Below, piece by piece: positions 63,393-64,000 of a DNA stretch of 64,000 bases. How positions within the stretch are numbered: position 1 is the stretch's first letter; each line of letters opens with the position of its first letter. This DNA comes from Gemmatimonadota bacterium (GTDB lineage: Bacteria; Gemmatimonadota; Gemmatimonadetes; Gemmatimonadales; GWC2-71-9), in NCBI GenBank assembly GCA_039586895.1, contig JBDHJM010000001.1, positions 8,882 to 72,881 on the forward strand. Reading direction: 5' to 3'. The translations under genes and the position numbers were made by a program. Below the pieces are notes generated by a model that had not been told where the DNA came from, ran no database searches, and saw only the letters and a program-made list of their open reading frames with translations.

Positions 63393-64000
63393 CGGGTCTC
63401 CCGCAGAGCCGGCGAGCGCCACACCCCGAGCAGGACACCCACCACACACACCGCCCCCCCCACCAGCAGTGTCGGCGTGGTGCCGAACCGCTCGGCCGCC
63501 GCCCCTCCCAACAGCCCTCCGAACGGGGCGAAGCCCACGAACGCGAAGGCGTAGAACGCTATCACCCGCCCCCGCAGCTCGTCGGGGGCGATGGTCTGGA
63601 GCAGCGTGTTGCTGAGCACCGTGGTCGTGAGGAAGGCGAAGCCGATGAGTCCCAGCAGCGCGAGCGCCAGCGGGTAGGACCGCGTCAGGGCGAACAGCAC
63701 TACGACGATCGCGAACGCGAGCGACGAGCGGGCCAGCAGCCGGCCGCGGCGCAGCCGGTGCCCGAACGCCGCGATGCCCAGCGCCCCGGACACGGCGCCG
63801 ACGCCGACCGCCGACATCATCGTGCCGTACGCCACGGCCCCGAGACCCAGCACGTCGCGAGCGACCACCGGCAGCAGGGTCAGGACCGGCAGCCCGAACA
63901 CGCTGAGCAGCGCAATGTTAGCGATCACGCCGCGCACTCGGGATTCCGAAACCACGTAGCGGAATCCGTCCCTGATGTTGGACCACGCCGAGGTGCGCTC
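63389..64000 (-). CDS. MFS transporter (C-terminal half; N-terminus beyond window end)
   Basis: Six hydrophobic segments. The frame stays open upstream of the listed GTG 63955 (…ERTSAWSNIRDGFRYVVSES…) to the window edge. Confidence 0.8.
   Translation of the reverse strand, partial: ERTSAWSNIRDGFRYVVSESRVRGVIANIALLSVFGLPVLTLLPVVARDVLGLGAVAYGTMMSAVGVGAVSGALGIAAFGHRLRRGRLLARSSLAFAIVVVLFALTRSYPLALALLGLIGFAFLTTTVLSNTLLQTIAPDELRGRVIAFYAFAFVGFAPFGGLLGGAAAERFGTTPTLLVGGAVCVVGVLLGVWRSPALRETR

Overview
High-GC (by eye), very gene-dense chromosomal segment from a diderm bacterium. BamA/TamA-TamB, Lgt and many lipobox proteins support the diderm call. The gene content has a Gemmatimonadota/Acidobacteria-like flavour, but that is inference only. 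I saw no rRNA, tRNA, CRISPR array, transposase or integrase. Layout: (i) 1-1.9 kb holds a partial RidA-family gene, an EamA transporter and a lipoprotein. (ii) 2.0-16.8 kb is a 20-gene co-directional plus-strand array: yebC-ruvC-ruvA-[54-aa Zn-ribbon]-ruvB-queA-tgt-yajC-def-fmt-thiE-thiS-thiG-rsmB-[PASTA-only protein]-rpe-tlpA-like-ybbR-tsaD-lgt. Many junctions are 1-4 nt start/stop overlaps. (iii) 16.8-20.3 kb holds a Ser/Thr kinase domain gene, a 42-aa membrane peptide candidate and an AfsR/SARP-type BTAD+P-loop regulator. (iv) 20.3-34.4 kb is a minus-strand envelope-oriented array: tamA-like, tamB, lipid kinase, Cys-rich mini-protein, DmpA peptidase, HAD, hypothetical, acpS, cytochrome c-FTR1 permease, then mltG. 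(v) 34.5-40 kb holds dacB, an FprA-type reductase, PduO-type adenosyltransferase, PhzF and aroB. (vi) A low-GC 300-nt leader with a near-consensus promoter precedes a group-2/3 sigma-70 factor. (vii) 41.3-48.3 kb holds a Lon-N domain protein, glcD-[unknown 128 aa]-glcE-glcF, a ygfZ-like gene and an SDR epimerase. (viii) 51.7-58.5 kb is a formate dehydrogenase cluster, fdhD / NuoE-NuoF fusion / catalytic subunit / class-V aminotransferase. (ix) 58.5-64 kb holds a Tat-signal protein, a ChlI-like AAA+ ATPase, a cytidylate-kinase-like protein and a partial MFS transporter. The most solid non-trivial result concerns the two FDH ORFs in the track (54314-55405 and 55454-57049). They are one gene interrupted by a selenocysteine UGA, followed by an fdhF-like SECIS hairpin. 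Other points worth a second look: three unannotated small ORFs, two genes whose homology starts where no ATG/GTG/TTG exists (SD-preceded ATC/ATA), a kinase-less PASTA protein in the PrkC position, an AfsK/AfsR/AfsS-like trio, a 15-bp perfect inverted repeat, and AT-rich operator-like palindromes. All calls rest on reading the translations and sequence by eye. No database search was run.
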